Positions 22,491-36,929 of a stretch of 64,000 bases of DNA are shown here, piece after piece. Position 1 is the first letter of the stretch. Each line of letters opens with the position of its first letter. The translations under genes were made by a program, and so were the position numbers. The DNA comes from Octopus vulgaris. Lineage: Eukaryota. The notes under the pieces are model-generated. The model made no database searches. It was not told the origin of the DNA and saw nothing but the letters and a program-made list of their open reading frames with translations. The DNA lies in the NCBI GenBank assembly GCA_951406725.2, contig OX597815.1, positions 116,374,001 through 116,438,000 on the forward strand, in the 5' to 3' direction.

Positions 22491-23491
22491 TATAGAAAAG
22501 TAATATTAAATGATGATGATGATGATGAAATGTATGTGATCACCATTGCCTAATCTAACTAGCCTTCTCAGATTGTGAACCAGATATCTTCTTCAAACAA
22601 CATCTTAGATGCATTTCACCATGCCATCCTAAGAATCTCTTTTGGTGTAGGTCCTCAATTTCATGTTGTGTTTGTGTGTCTCTTTATAACATCATATAAG
22701 TTGACTGGTCCTCATCTTTCCATTGGGATACATAAGTTTTCAAACTATAATTTCTGATAATTTTAGGTGAAGGCATGGTTGTATGGTTTCAGGTTCAGTC
22801 CCACTGCATGGCACTTTGGGCAAGAGTTTTCTATAGAATTTGGTAGATGGAAACTGTGTTAAAGCCTGTCATGTGTGTGTGTGTGTGTGTGTGTGCACGT
22901 GTGTGTGTCTTAGTATTTGTGTTAGTCTCTTCTCCATTGCATGACTGCAAACCAACTCCTCACAGTTGGTTTGTTTGCTTCCCTGTAACTTTAGAAGTTT
23001 GGCATAAGAATATAATACAATAAGTATCAGACTCAAAAATGAGTATTGAGGAGTGATTTGTTCAGTCAAAACTCTTGAAAGAAGTACCTCAGAATGGCTA
23101 CAGTCCAATGACTGAAACAAGTAAAAAATAAAAGATTTGATCTGGCAGTCAGCTTGATAAAATGGCCAGTAAAGCCTTCCCTGTATTGAGTAACAATACT
23201 AGAGATGGGTGGAATGTGTCCCTAAATTTTCTCTTGAGATGCTTTGAGCCCTCATGAAAAGTGTGGTATATATATATTTTTTTACTTGTTTCAGTCATTT
23301 GACTGTGGCTATGCTGGAGCACCACCTTTAGTTGAACAAATTGGCCTCAGGACTTATTCTTTGTCGGCCTAGTACTTATTCTGTCAGTCTCTTTTGCCAA
23401 ACTGCTACGTTAGAGGGGACATAAAAACACCAGCATCAGTTGTCAAGCGAAGGTGGGGTGACAAACACACACACATGAATATATACATACG

Positions 23492-23541
<50 letters not shown>

Positions 23542-24053
23542 CACAACAAGCTTCTTTCACTTTCCATCTATCAAATCCACTCACAAGGCTTTGGTCGGCC
23601 CAACACTATAGTAGAAGATACTTGCCCAAAGTGTCACACAGTGGGACTGAACCTGGAACCATGTGGTTGGGAAGCAAGCTTCTTATCACACAGTCTTATA
23701 TATAGATCAAATGATCTTAGGTGATTTGGATTTATTTGATATATTTCCATTTTTTAGTTGATACAAAATTTTTATTTTTTTTAGATTTTTTCTGGGTTTG
23801 AACAATTTAATAAGCATCTTCTTTTCATTACAGCTATGAAATCTTTTCTTGTATTTGTTTTAGTCATTAGACTACAGCCATTCTGGGGTACCATCTGAAA
23901 GAATTTTTATTCAAATGAATTGACCCCAGTGGTTTTTAAATTTTTTTTGAAGCCTGGTACTTACTCTATTGGTGTCTTTTTATCGGACTGCTATGTTACA
24001 GGGACGTAAACACACCAACACTGGTTGTCAAGTGGTGGTGGGGGACAAACACA

Positions 24054-24099
<46 letters not shown>

Positions 24100-25817
24100 A
24101 TGGGCTTCTTACAGTTTTTCTGTCTACCAAATCCACTCGCAAGGCTTAGGTTGGTTGAAGGTTATAGTGGACTGAACCTGGAATCATGTAGTTGAGAAGC
24201 AAACTTCCTAACACACAGCCATGCTTAATGTTCCTATTCTGTGGTGAAACAAATTGAATGCAATATTATTCTTATCCTAAATTTCATATTAAACTAAAAC
24301 TTGCTTTAAAAAGCCACCCTTAGATGCAATCATGTCACTCCATTTATTTCTATGTTTACCCATGAGTAATGAATATTGATACAAATGCATTAGATTTCTA
24401 ATATTTAATTCATGTTTGTAATTTGGGGAGAATTGCTGCTAAATTATCTCTTGTCTCTAAAGTTCTTTTTTATGTGTCTTCATTGCACCTTGCCACCATA
24501 ATATCAAGAGATTATATCAGCTACACACTGACAAAGTAATATAATTTTATTTATTTATTGTAATTTACAAGTAAATTATCTCTTAATTTTTTTTTATCAA
24601 TGATGATGCGTGTTAATAATTGGGACAAACTGTTACTGTTCACTTAGTTTACTATTAAAGTCAACCTATACCACTATAAACAAGGCAAGCGAGCAGAATT
24701 GTTAACACACTGACATTTTTTTCCAGCTCTTTACATTCTGAGTTCAAATCCAACCAAGGTCAACATTTCCTTTTATCCCTTTTGACTACCAGTCAAGTGC
24801 TGGGGTTGATGTAGTCAACTTGTTACCCTCACTCAAAATAGTTGGCCTTGAACCAGCAAGAAAATGAACATTGTAGCCTAATGACCTGAAAAGATAATTA
24901 TAGATAATCAGCTGAAAGATTGAGTTTGTGGCCTAAAATACCTCCCCTCTCAAAATAGATTTTTTTTTTGTCTTACAAGTGCAACTTAGAAGCATCAAGT
25001 CCACACTATAAAGTGGTTGGCACTTGGAAGGGCATCCAGCTGTAAAAACCTTGCTAAAACTGACTTTGCCTGTGCTTGTGCCACATAAAAATCTCTAAGT
25101 TCACTCAGCTGAGTGGTTGGTGTTAGGAAGGGCATCCAGCTGTAAAAGTCCTGTCAAAACAGTTGCAGAAGTCTGGTGCAGGCAGACTGGCTGGCTCTTG
25201 TCAAACTGTCCCACCCATGGAAGGTGGACATTAAACAATGATGATGATGATGACTTTCCAATGGTAAAATTAAAAAAAAAGCTTAGGTGAGATTTAAGGT
25301 ACAAGAAAAAATTCAGTCACTTGTTTTTGTCCACCTGTGGTTTAAGTATTTTGACTATCTGAATATGTCATGTTTGGCCAACATTCTGGTTGATTGGTTG
25401 ACTTATTTTGTTTATTAACAGTTTTGATAACCTGTTTTTAACCAATAATGATCCAGTGCTCTAGGTGGTTGATTTTCTGCATGTCATTTGTTTGTGAAAT
25501 GTTTTGGTGATTTGTTTTTTGTGTGAAGGTCACCCAGTGTTCTGGTTGGCTGATTCCCTTAAGCTATTGTTTGTTTGGGTCAGCTGAATCTCTATTTCTT
25601 TTGAGGGTCTGAGTTTTGACCAACAAAAAATCTAATTAGTCAAGCCTAGGTTTAAGTCAACAAATAGCAATGAGAAAGTGCAAAGTGTAATTGTACAGTA
25701 ATTTGAAGTTAGGGTTTCAAATCCCAGAGGAAGCCTGATACTTCAACTTTTGATTTATTTCTGTTGCTTCAAGTAATTTTTGGTGAATAAATTGAATGTT
25801 CGCATTTTAGTGTGTTG

Positions 25818-25980
25818 TTATAGAGTGTTTAGGTATAGTTCATATTTCTGAAAAAACACATTTTCGTTATTTAATTGAGATTAGACTGAAGCATTTTTGA
25901 TGCATTGATATAGAGGGAAGATTTAGATTTTGGATTTTTGTTCATAGAATAGAAAATTTTCATAGTTGTGGGGTCTTGAA
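25818..25980 (-). mobile_element. Old Neptune-type PLE 3' fragment related to the 3428-5529 ORF
   Basis: FPLYQCIKNASV*SQLNNENVFFQKYELYLNTL* aligns with FPLYQCSDNTTDQTRINKESNLIQKYRPQLNIL*. Confidence 0.7.
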
Positions 25981-28900
25981 TACTCACTGGTAAGCTCCAG
26001 CAGCCTGAGTACCATCACTACCTTCTTTTTATCTCCTTTATCCATGTATCTTCTCTATAGCAAGACACCTATGCTTGCCACTTTATTATACTTTTAGCCT
26101 TTCAACAACTGACATAAATCCACTTGTCTCCACCTTCTACCAAATACTTCCTCTTAGAGGTAAGAGTTTCTCGCCTTTCCTTTGTGTTCTTTTATGTCTT
26201 GCAAATTTTTATGGCAACCTCCCGATTATCAGGGGCATGTAAGAAGCATCCAATTCACTTTGTAAAGTGGTTGGCATAAGAAAGGGCATAAAACCATAAA
26301 AACCATGCGAAAGATGACATTTTAGTTTGACACAGCCTTGTAGCTCCTTGGTTCCTGTCAAAGTGCTAACATGGAAAGTAGATTGTAAACACTGATGGTG
26401 ATGATGATGATGATGATGAGCAGTGAAAGCTCCAGTGAGAATATAAATGGCTTCCTTGTGAGCTTTAGTCCTTGATATTTCTATCAAGCTATATTTTTCC
26501 CTTTAGTTTCACTGACATTTATTACTATGATTCTGAGAAAACCTAACAGGGAAGGACATTCAGCTTGAAAACAAATGTCAGCATTTTTAGAACTGTTTAC
26601 TAATTCCTTCATCATTAGCAAACATGAGTCTGCTGAGACTGCAGATGAACACAGAAAGTTCAATGTATATTCAATAGTTAATATTAATAATAATTGTTTC
26701 TAACATAGGTATGAGGTCTGAAATTTGGTAGCAGAATAGGGGTGGGGGGTTGAGGGTAGTCGATTGCGTTGACCTCATAACTTGATTAATACTTTATTTT
26801 ATCAACCCTATAGGGAATGTTGATTTTGGCAGGACTTGAACTCAGAACATAAAGAGTTATAAGAAATATCACAAGGCATTATTTCTCAGTGTTCTAATAA
26901 TGGTTTCTGATTTAGATACAATGCCAGCAATTTTGAGGAGAAGGAATTAGTTGATATCAGAACTAGACTGGTACTTGCTTTTATCACTCAAGCTCTCAAA
27001 GAATAAAAGGCAAATTTGGTCACAGCAGGATCTGAACTCAGAACATGGAGAGTTAAAAGAAATACCACTTGGTATTTTCTCTGATGTTGTAATGATTCTG
27101 CTAGCTCACCACCTTTCTAATGCTCTAATATTGGTTTCAAAATTTGGCACAAGGTCAGCCAGTTTGAGGAAGGGTTAAGTTGATTACATCAACCCCAGTG
27201 CTCAACTGGTACTTATTTCATCAACCCCGAAAGGACGAAAGGCAAAGTCAACCTCAACAGAATTTGAACTCAGAACATAAAGATGAATAAAATGCCACTA
27301 AGCATTTTGCCTGGCATGCTAATGATTCTGCCACCTCGCTGCCTTCCTGGTGCTCTAATAATAAAAACAGCAGTTAGATGCTTTGAGAATAAGTGCAAAA
27401 ACTTCATACTGCATAGTAATTGACCTGAATAAATGACTGGTAACTTGCTACTTACTTCATAAGTAACACTAGATCTGTAATTACAAATCATAATTATTAA
27501 ATAAATCGACAGTTAACACTCGTCACAAGGTATTTTTAATTTGTTAGGAATTAGATATTATACAGGAATATAACACTAGATTGTTGCAGTTTGTATATAA
27601 CAGGTGAAAACTGAAAACATAAACTTTATTCTATGCATTCATCATTTATAAGATAACAGAAATATAACAGAATTAAAATTTGAATGACTAGGAGGTACAG
27701 TGCTACTACTACCAAAATGTGAAGACATTTTCCAATTTTCTCTGTTTAGAATGAGATGATTGGCATGACTGTTTGAATGCTGGTAATTTGGCATAGCTGG
27801 GTGGAAATTGAACCTATTTTGGTGGCAGTACTTCTTGGTATAGAAACAAACACACTTGCATGTGAGAAATATACACATACAGATGGGCAGACAGATAGAG
27901 AAAGAGAGAGGGACATTGCAATTCATTAATTGAACATGATTAACATAAGCACTTACCCTCAAACACATAAAACAGAGAGAGAGAGAGAAAGAAAGAGAGA
28001 GATTAAAATGGGTAAAACATTAAACGGTTGATGTCAAATAAGTTGGCAGCACCAGAGAGGTGGACCAAAACAGCTGTACTAAGACCTCTCATATTCTTCT
28101 CTGTTAATAGTTGTCATAAGCCCTAAGCAACATAAGAGAAGTAAATTGGTTTCTAACAACAATGGAAATTAATTGCCAGACTCAGTTCATCAGGAGTTCA
28201 TTCCTTGTTCAGTTGCACTCAACATTACAGGAGGAATTCCAACCATGTTTTGTGGTTTGCTACCCTTGTAGGATCCAGTGGCTAAGGACATCATCAGGAG
28301 GAGCCACACCTAGTTTCGGCCTCTACTCCTCTAGCGTTTTGGAGGTGTCTTCAACTCTGGTGTCAAGTGCATTTTTTTCTTTTTCTTTTTTTTTCTCTGG
28401 CTTTTTGTTCTTTGGTTTCTTTGATGCAGCACCAACGAATATCAGCAGGCAAATGACCACACTGCCAAATTTTCCTTGAAATACTCACTGGTAAGCTCCA
28501 GCAGCCAGTGCCAGCTAATAGTGACATGACACAATCTAAGCTTCAACTGACCAATGGAGGGGAAGGCATGTAATTTTGGCCCATGCCCTCTCTAGACCTA
28601 CCTTCCAGCAGAGTCGTGTTAGTTTCAGTTCCAAATACTAGTTATTTAGACACACTTGTTTTTTATAAAGTTACTGTCATTTTATTAATCTTAATGTGAT
28701 GAAAGTTGAAGTAGAATCCAGCAGGATATGAATCAAGATACTGGGGAAATGAAACAGAAATATTAAATATAGAACTTCGCTATATTTGCTATATTCCCAG
28801 TGGCTTCTATAAATATTATAGCAGTTTGCTTCTAGCTTCATTCATTGCATTATCCTCTGATAAATCTTACATTATCAGCTAGGTCACAAAGCTGAGTGTA

Positions 28901-29139
28901 GTTGAACTAAAAAGATAAGTACTTGAAGGTGAATGGAATCCCATATCTAGAAAATCTTGTTAAGAGAAGAAAAACTCTAGGATATCTATTCTACTTCTCT
29001 CTAGTTGGATCCCTGTATTTTCCTTCCTGTTTCATACATGTCTTGATTATCCATAATGTTTTCCTGAGGGAAGACCTTCCTTTCTCGTGTCTTGTTGACT
29101 ATTGAATTATTATTGATGGATCTATAACTTTGCTTTTTT

Positions 29140-29315
29140 CTACATAGGGTTGTTACCCTTACACAAAACAATTCTTACTCTTGGGTAGAGGTGATCCATA
29201 TTAGTCTGACTTCTAACCTTTGACCTGTCCGGCATGTGAGACCCTACCATGAGCTGGTGCACTACTAACAGATTGTAGGGTCACTGAGTCATGCAGGCCA
29301 TCATACTGCCACAAG
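29140..29315 (-). mobile_element. RTE-type 5' UTR fragment
   Basis: GGTAGGGTCTCACATGCCGGACAGGTCAAAGGTTAGAAGTCAGACTAA resembles the conserved RTE 5' UTR motif. Confidence 0.45.
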
Positions 29316-31039
29316 TACTAGACCTTGTGATGATAGCAAGGGATGTACAAACTATGTAATTGCCTAGAGTTATTTCTTTCTCTATTTTGTAAGATACTGC
29401 ATTGGATCACTCTCATTACCCTACCCTGTACATGCTAGCTTCAATCTGATGTACTACCAGCGACCACTCTCTTTCCTCTAGGCCATCTCTATTGCCACCT
29501 AACACCTACTCTTACCTTTATCTCATCACCCACTCTTACCTTTATCTCATCACCCACTCTTACTTATGTATTACCAACTACTCCTCTACTGACTCTACCT
29601 CCAAATAACCCTGTCTTTTCTCATCATACACTTACTCCTTCCATTCTCTGACACATTCTACTTCTTCTTATGTCTTGCTCTTACCTTCTCACTCACTCAC
29701 TTACTTTCTCTTATTCTTTCCTTGGTCATCTAAGCAAATTTACATGCACTAAGTTATTGAGTACTCTTTACACATATACTCTTGTCCAACATCTCTCAAC
29801 TACCCATTACTAAACTTTCTGCTGCCATTGTTCTGTCTCCTCTGCCACTCCTTGGTTTACAGACAACTGTTCACATTTACTGCATACATGGCACCCCATC
29901 TCTTGTGTTAGATGACAGAACCTTCTGCACTCCCTCAATAGGAGAATGATAAGTGAAGTTACTGCCTAAATGCACCTAGTACACTATGCAAACAGAAAAT
30001 GTAGTGTCATGAGGTTCATTTCATCCTTCTCACTGAGGCCTATCCAACCTCTTTAGCGTTGGTACCACAGGAAAATGCACCCAATCTACTTTATAAAATG
30101 GTTGAAGTTAGGAAGGGCATCTAGCCATAGAAACCAAGCACTAGATTTTAGAAGCAATAATTTCCAATAAGAACTTATTCCCATGTGAGTGGGAAGTAAA
30201 CTGCTTAACCACAAAGACATGCTTGTGTATATGCACACACACACACCATACGCATATATATATCTGTGTGTGTACATTCTGCTCTTGGCATGAAAATGTG
30301 CTAAACAGTGAAGCCTGTTGGCATTCCTTGTCAACAAATTAACCACCAACTCTACCCTTTTGGAAAATATGTTGAATAAAATTCCCTTACTTGAAAAGCA
30401 GGAGAGGAATAGCAACTCTAAGACCATCCAACTGGAAAACAATGCCTCAGTGGTATACATTTATTTACCCCTTGCTAACATGAGTTAAGCCCTCTTCTCC
30501 TCCTTATTACCTTAGCTCTCTCAACGTTTTCAGGTATATACTTAAGAGACCTCATTAACCTTGCATCTACCTCATACACTCTACTTATACTCTCTACTAT
30601 CCATTTGGTATCACTATCTAACCATCTCTTCTAATCCATCACTTTCTCATCCTGAACCTCTCTAGTTTAGGGGCCAAAATAAAATGCAGTCAGTTTGCTT
30701 GATAAACTATAGGTTTGTGAGGACAATATAGTCTTACTGAAGACATAATATCTTTAGTGATGGTGTCTTGAAAAGAACATGTATCTAGTATATTCTGTGG
30801 TTGTTTTAAGGATGAGCATCTACTTATAGAAAGCAAGTCGAAAATAAAACTCTAGAAAGAGATGTGGACTCCAGAATTATTTACAAGAGCAGAAATGACC
30901 TATCCAACATATTCCAGTATGGAAAGCAGATGTAAAAAGATGACAATGTTGATGATGGTAATGATGATTACAATGATAATGATATATATGTATGTGTATA
31001 TATACATGTATGTGTTTGTAAATATACATGTATATAGGT

Positions 31040-31455
31040 ACATAGTGCAGTGAATAAATTGTCTAAATTTCGCAAAAATGAAAATAACACTAACAACTCA
31101 TTTTAACACATATATTTACCAAGATTACATAAACATATCTTGAAATATTAAAGAGTAAATTTATTCAATAGAATCACCATTGGCTTCAACCACGGCTTCC
31201 AAATGAGTTTGGAATCTCCTGCAGCACTTCTGGATGGTCTCCTTGTTTAAGTTGGTGAATACTGCCATAATCCTTGCCTTCAGTTCATCTTTGGTGATAC
31301 AAAGAATTATATTGGTCTCTCACTCAACTGTGTCCCACACATAATAATCAAGGAGGTTGCAGTCTGAGGAGTTAGGTGGCCAGAAGTTAGGGGTGATGTG
31401 GTTGCAAAAATTGTCTAACAGCCATGACTTGGTTCTCCATCTTGTGTAGCATTGT
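31040..31455 (-). mobile_element. maT/mariner transposase C-terminus and right end
   Basis: SWLLDNFCNHITPNFWPPNSSDCNLLDYYVW...DELKARIMAVFTNLNKETIQKCCRRFQTHLEAVVEANGDSIE*. Confidence 0.85.
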
Positions 31456-31715
31456 ACTCCACAGCCATGCCTATCATTAACGTAGTTCTCGGGGAGATTC
31501 AGCCTCACACAGAATATGACAAGGCTGGCCCCTTTGAATTACAGCTACAATTTGAGACATATATACATATGAATGTATTTGTGCGTGTGTATAGTATAGG
31601 TTAGTTAAAACATGTTTGCAATAATAAGTGTCATGTGGTGGAAATAAAAGCAATTACCAAACTTTCATTCATAAATCCATGTATTATTTCGGTTTTTTTT
31701 TTGCATTTCAATTTG

Positions 31716-31892
31716 TACCCAGAAATTTTCAACTGCATGCCAGAAGAAATGGAAAAATGAGTAATTTTATCTCCTAAAAATTCTGACTGTCTTGCAATAA
31801 ATGAAAAAGTTCTTAATATTATACCAGAGGCACTTAAAACGTACTTAAGCACAGATTCAGTGTCCTGCAATAATGAAGAGGATGTTCACAGA
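31716..31892 (+). pseudogene. Helitron Pif1-like helicase fragment
   Basis: K*VILSPKNSDCLAINEKVLNIIPEALKTYLSTDSVSCNNEED resembles the RepHel segment RAILxPKN..IN..VL...TYLSxDSV. Confidence 0.7.
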
Positions 31893-32255
31893 ACTCCTCT
31901 TCATTATTGTTAGTGTTTGTCTCACCACCACCATTGCCTGACAACTGATGTAGGTGCATTCGCATCTCTGTAATTTAGCTGTTCAACAGAAGAGACTGAT
32001 AGAATAAGCACCAGGCTCACAAGTAATAAGTGCAGGGGTCAATTTCTTTGACGAAAGGGTGGTGCTCCAGCATGGCCACCATCAAATGACTGAAACAAGT
32101 AAAAGAATAAAAGAATACCAGAAAAACGTTCAATACCACTAAACCAAGAAGGTTTTTTGAATACTTACGACGTATTTTAAGGTTAAATAGTAAGTTTAAG
32201 GTTAAATAGTAATTCCATTTACGTTTGTAATGAAGGTCATGGAGAGGGTCATAAC

Positions 32256-34228
32256 TCAACTGATTAGGGAGAAAGAGTCAGTCTAGATGAGATGCAGTTT
32301 GGATTTGTGCCAGGGAAAAGCACCACTGATGCTATATTTCTGGTAAGACAGCTGCAGGAGAAATACCTAGCTAAAGATAAACCTCTGTACCTGGCTTTTG
32401 TTGACATGGAGAAAGCCTTTGACAGGGTCCCCTGATCCCTTATCTGGTGGTCAATGAGGAAACTAGGGATAGATGAATGGCTAGTGAGAGCTGTGCAAGC
32501 CATGTACAGGGATGCTGTCAGTAAGGTGAGAGTTGGCAACAAGAACAGTGAAGAATTCCCGGTAGGGGTCTACCAAAGGTCAGTTCTCAGCCCCCTCTTA
32601 TTCATCATAGTCCTCCAGACAACAACAGATGAATTCAAGGCAGGATGCCCCTGAGAGCTCCTCTATGCTGATGACCTTGCTCTAATTGTTGAGTCACTAT
32701 CAGAACTAGAGGAAAAGTTTCAGGTGTGGAAGCAAGGATTAGAATCGAAGGGTCTTAGAGTCAACATAGCTAAAACCAAAGTCCTAAATAGTAGGAAGGC
32801 AGACAAACCACAAATCCCTTCAGGTAGATGGTCCTGCTCAATCTGTAGAAAAGGCATAGGTAGAAACTCCATAAGATGTACCCAGTGTAAACTATGGACA
32901 CATAAGAGATGCAGCAATATTAAAGGAAGGCTAACTCGGGAGATAGTTTTTGTATATGGCAAATGCTCAGGTGTTATAAACACTGAAAATGTGCAGAGAA
33001 CAGCTTCTGTCACATTCTAGGGAGAAAAACTAGAAGTAGTTAATAGCTTCCGTTACCTAGGGGACAAAGTCAGTAGCAGGGGTAGATGCTCTGAAAGTGT
33101 AGCTGCTAGAATAAGAATAGCCTGGGCAAAGTTCAGAGAGCTCCTACCTCTGCTGGTGACAAAGGGCATCTCGCTCAGAGTAAAAGGTAGACTGTATGAT
33201 GTGTATGAACAGCCACACTACATGGCAGTGAAACATGGGCCGTGACTGCTGAGGACATGTGTAAGCTTACAAGGAATGAAGCCAGTATGCTCCACTGGAT
33301 GTGTAATGTCAGTGTGCATACATGACAGAGTGTAAGCGCCCTGAGAGAAAAGTTGGATTTAAGAAGCATCAGATGTGGTGTACAAGAGAGACGACTGCGC
33401 TGGTATGGTCATGTGTTGTGAATGAATGAGGACAGCTGTGTGAAAAAGTGTCACACCCTAGTAGTTGAGGGAACCTGTAGAAGAGGTAGAACCAGGAAGA
33501 CCTGGGATGAGGTGGTGAAGCACAACCTTTGAACATTGGGCCTTACTGAGGCAATGACTAGTGACCAAGACCTCTGGAGATATGCTGTGCTTGAGATGAT
33601 CCAACAAGCCAAGTGAGACCATAGCCCGTGGCCTATACCAGTGGGTGTAACCAGCCCACTTATGAATACCCCTCATTCATTGGACAATAAACTTTGCTTC
33701 CAAGGACCTATTGAGGCAAGTGAAATCAAAATCAAAATAGCTGACGTGGCCGATGACAGTACCACCTGATTGACACTTGTGCCAGTGGAATGTTAAAAGC
33801 ACATTGTTAAAAGCATGATCATTGCCAGTGCCATAGATTGGCTCCAGTGCTGGTGCCACATAAAACGCACTATTTGAGCATGATCGTTGCCAGCATCACC
33901 TTACTGGCACATGTGCCAGTGACACTTGAAAATCAACATTCGAGCGTGGTCATTGCCAGTGCCACCAGACTGGCTCCCATGCAGGTAGTATGTAAAAAAC
34001 ATCTTTTGAGCGTGGTCGTTGCCAAAACTGCCTGATTGGCCCTCGTGACAGTGGTATGTAAAAGCACTCACTACACTCTTGGAGTGGTTGGCATTAGGAA
34101 GGGCATTCAGCTGTAGAAACTTTGCCAGATTGAGCCTGGTGCAGCCTTCTGGCTCACCAGTCCTCAGTTGAACTATCCAACCCAGACCAGCATGGAAAGC
34201 GGACGTTAAACGACGATGATGATGATGA
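32256..34228 (+). mobile_element. 5'-truncated RTE-clade LINE (RT pseudogene, repeat-bearing 3' UTR, (GAT)n tail)
   Basis: LDEMQFGFVPGKSTTDAIFLVRQLQEKY...AFVDMEKAFDRVP...LSPLLF...LLYADDLAL...FRYLGD...RLRWYGHV, with stops and frameshifts. Confidence 0.92.
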
Positions 34229-34230
34229 TA

Positions 34231-34267
<37 letters not shown>

Positions 34268-35231
34268 TGGCCTAGTGGTTATTAGAAAGTTGTCATGATT
34301 GTGAGATTGTGGTTTCATTTCCAAGATTGAGTGGTGCATTGTGTTCTTGAGCAAAACACTTCATCTGATGTTCTCTGCAATCACTTTGACACCTTATGTG
34401 TGGTACACCTTGCATCTGTTCAGACAAAGGTGATTTGATGGAGAGAATGAACTAATGTGCAGCACGAACATTTTATCGCTATAAACAAACCATTTGTGCA
34501 GGTTGTTTGGCAAAAGCTGAATGTTCATATGTCATCTTCCACGAGAGAGTCCATCATATGCATATATATGCTCTCTCTCCTCTGCTATACTCCAGCCTGA
34601 ATAGCCCATTTATCTGCTATCACTCTCAATGCCTTCATATATCTACTTAATAATCCTTCCTGAGCCACTCTTATGTATCTCTTATCATCAATTACTGCAA
34701 TCATTTTTATCCCATCTAACCATCTCTCCTCACATTTTGAAATGTTCCTCTCTGTCCTTCCTCTTGCCCACTAACGCAGTCCAGTTCTCTGTATCACTTC
34801 ACCTATATTCCCCCAGCCCACTATACCTAGAGGGTAGATCCTGACACCATCTCTCTCACTCTCCATCTCTAACATCTCTCTTTCTCTCCCTCCTCCAACT
34901 GGGGTATCTTTGTATCTACTCTACAATAAGGTACCTACCTCTATCCCACTATCATCTTTTTAACCTTTCATCAACTGGCACAAAGCCACCTCCCTCAATA
35001 CTACCTTCCCCAGTTGAGTGGATTTTGTCTTGCAAATTACTTGGTGACCCCCAATGGTGCTGGTGCCACGGAAAATGCACCAGTACACTTTGTAAAAAGG
35101 TTAGAATTAGGAAGAGCATCCAGCTATAGAAACCATGTAAAAAAACAGGCAATACAGCTTGGCACAGTCCTCTAGCTTGTCATCCCTTCTCAAACCATTC
35201 AATCCATGTGAGCATGGAAAATGGATGTTAA

Positions 35232-35263
<32 letters not shown>

Positions 35264-35844
35264 ATCCCCTTCACACACGCACACACACACACACACACAC
35301 ATTCATACTTGAATAAATTTTGTCCTAGTGACATTTTGAATGATCATGCAGGTTCTGAAATTCATAGGTTCAAGTCAATCAATTTCTCATCAAATCCTTT
35401 GTACATTGCTGATGTAATATGTGTGTATACATACATACATACATACATACATACATACACACATACATACTTACGTGCATACATACATACATACACACAT
35501 AATATATAAGCATAAATGCTCATGCATGCATACATACACACATGCACTCATATTGTGTATAGTCAATGGTGTATACATATGCACATACACATATTTAGAA
35601 ATGTTGTGTGTGTGTGTGTGTGTGTGTGTATCTGTCTGTCTGACTGTCTATCCGTCTGTCTGTCTGTATATATGTATGCATATATCAATATATACATCAT
35701 CATTTAATGTCTGCCTTCCATGATGGCATATATATGTGTGTGTGTTACACATAAGTAATGTCTGTTTACACACATACACATGTGTATAGACATTATACAC
35801 ATTATACATATGTATACACTTATGCATATATATATATATATATA

Positions 35845-35875
<31 letters not shown>

Positions 35876-36021
35876 ATGCATACACACTAGCACACACATA
35901 CATATTTACATACACACATATTCATAGATATAAATATATTCACATACATGCACACAAAGATATACACGTGTGTATGAATATATACACAAGACACACGTTA
36001 CAGTCAGATGTACTAAGGTGG

Positions 36022-36065
<44 letters not shown>

Positions 36066-36929
36066 ATAACAGTAGGCAGCAGTTTGAGTATCTAGTTACC
36101 ACTATTAGAATGTTGATATTATGTTGACCTAACAGGAAATGGAGAGATAAAAGAAGAAAAAGGATTCGCTCTAGCGATAGGTGAAGTTACCTTTAAAGGT
36201 ACTGACATAGCTCGAGCGTTGTATAAACTGTTAATTGGTGCAATGCTTATTGTTAATTTTAGCAGTAGTCTTTGATGGGGGTGTTAAGGTTTGTGAGATA
36301 CTTGGTAAATCACTGTGAGAGTAGGATAGGGGCTAGTGTTTAGAATGTGTATTTGGGTCATATCTTGTAGTCTAGTTTCATTGGGTGAAAATTAAGTAGT
36401 AAACTTACCTCAGATCGGGCAGAGAGTAGTTTATTGGATAAGAGTTACATTAATGTAGGCTGATGTAAAGAATGGGAAGATAGATACTATATTATATTAT
36501 TACCGTCTTATTTTATATTATTATGTTAGGGTGTTAAAGGCTTTCTGTTTGCATAATCTAAATTGAATGCAAATTAGGCCGAGTTTGTATAAGTGTAACC
36601 TTAATGTCTTTTCAAGTCATCTGAAAAATAGTCAGTTACAACCCTTCCTATCAAGAGAACTGTCAAAGGATTCCCCACGGGCAAAAGTATTGGTTTAAAT
36701 AATCCAAGTGCTTTGAAAGTATTGTGTCTATATGCTGATATGTGAAATTAGATATAGATATGTAAAGAAAGGTTTACCTGTGTATATACTTAGTTTAGTG
36801 ATGGTGACATGAGTAAATTGTTAGTGTGCATTGTCTGTGTGTATGAGTATGTATATGGTTTGTTTAAGAATCTACAAGTCAGAAAAGGCACTTGTATACA
36901 TGCCCATAAAATGGATATATTAATGTAGA

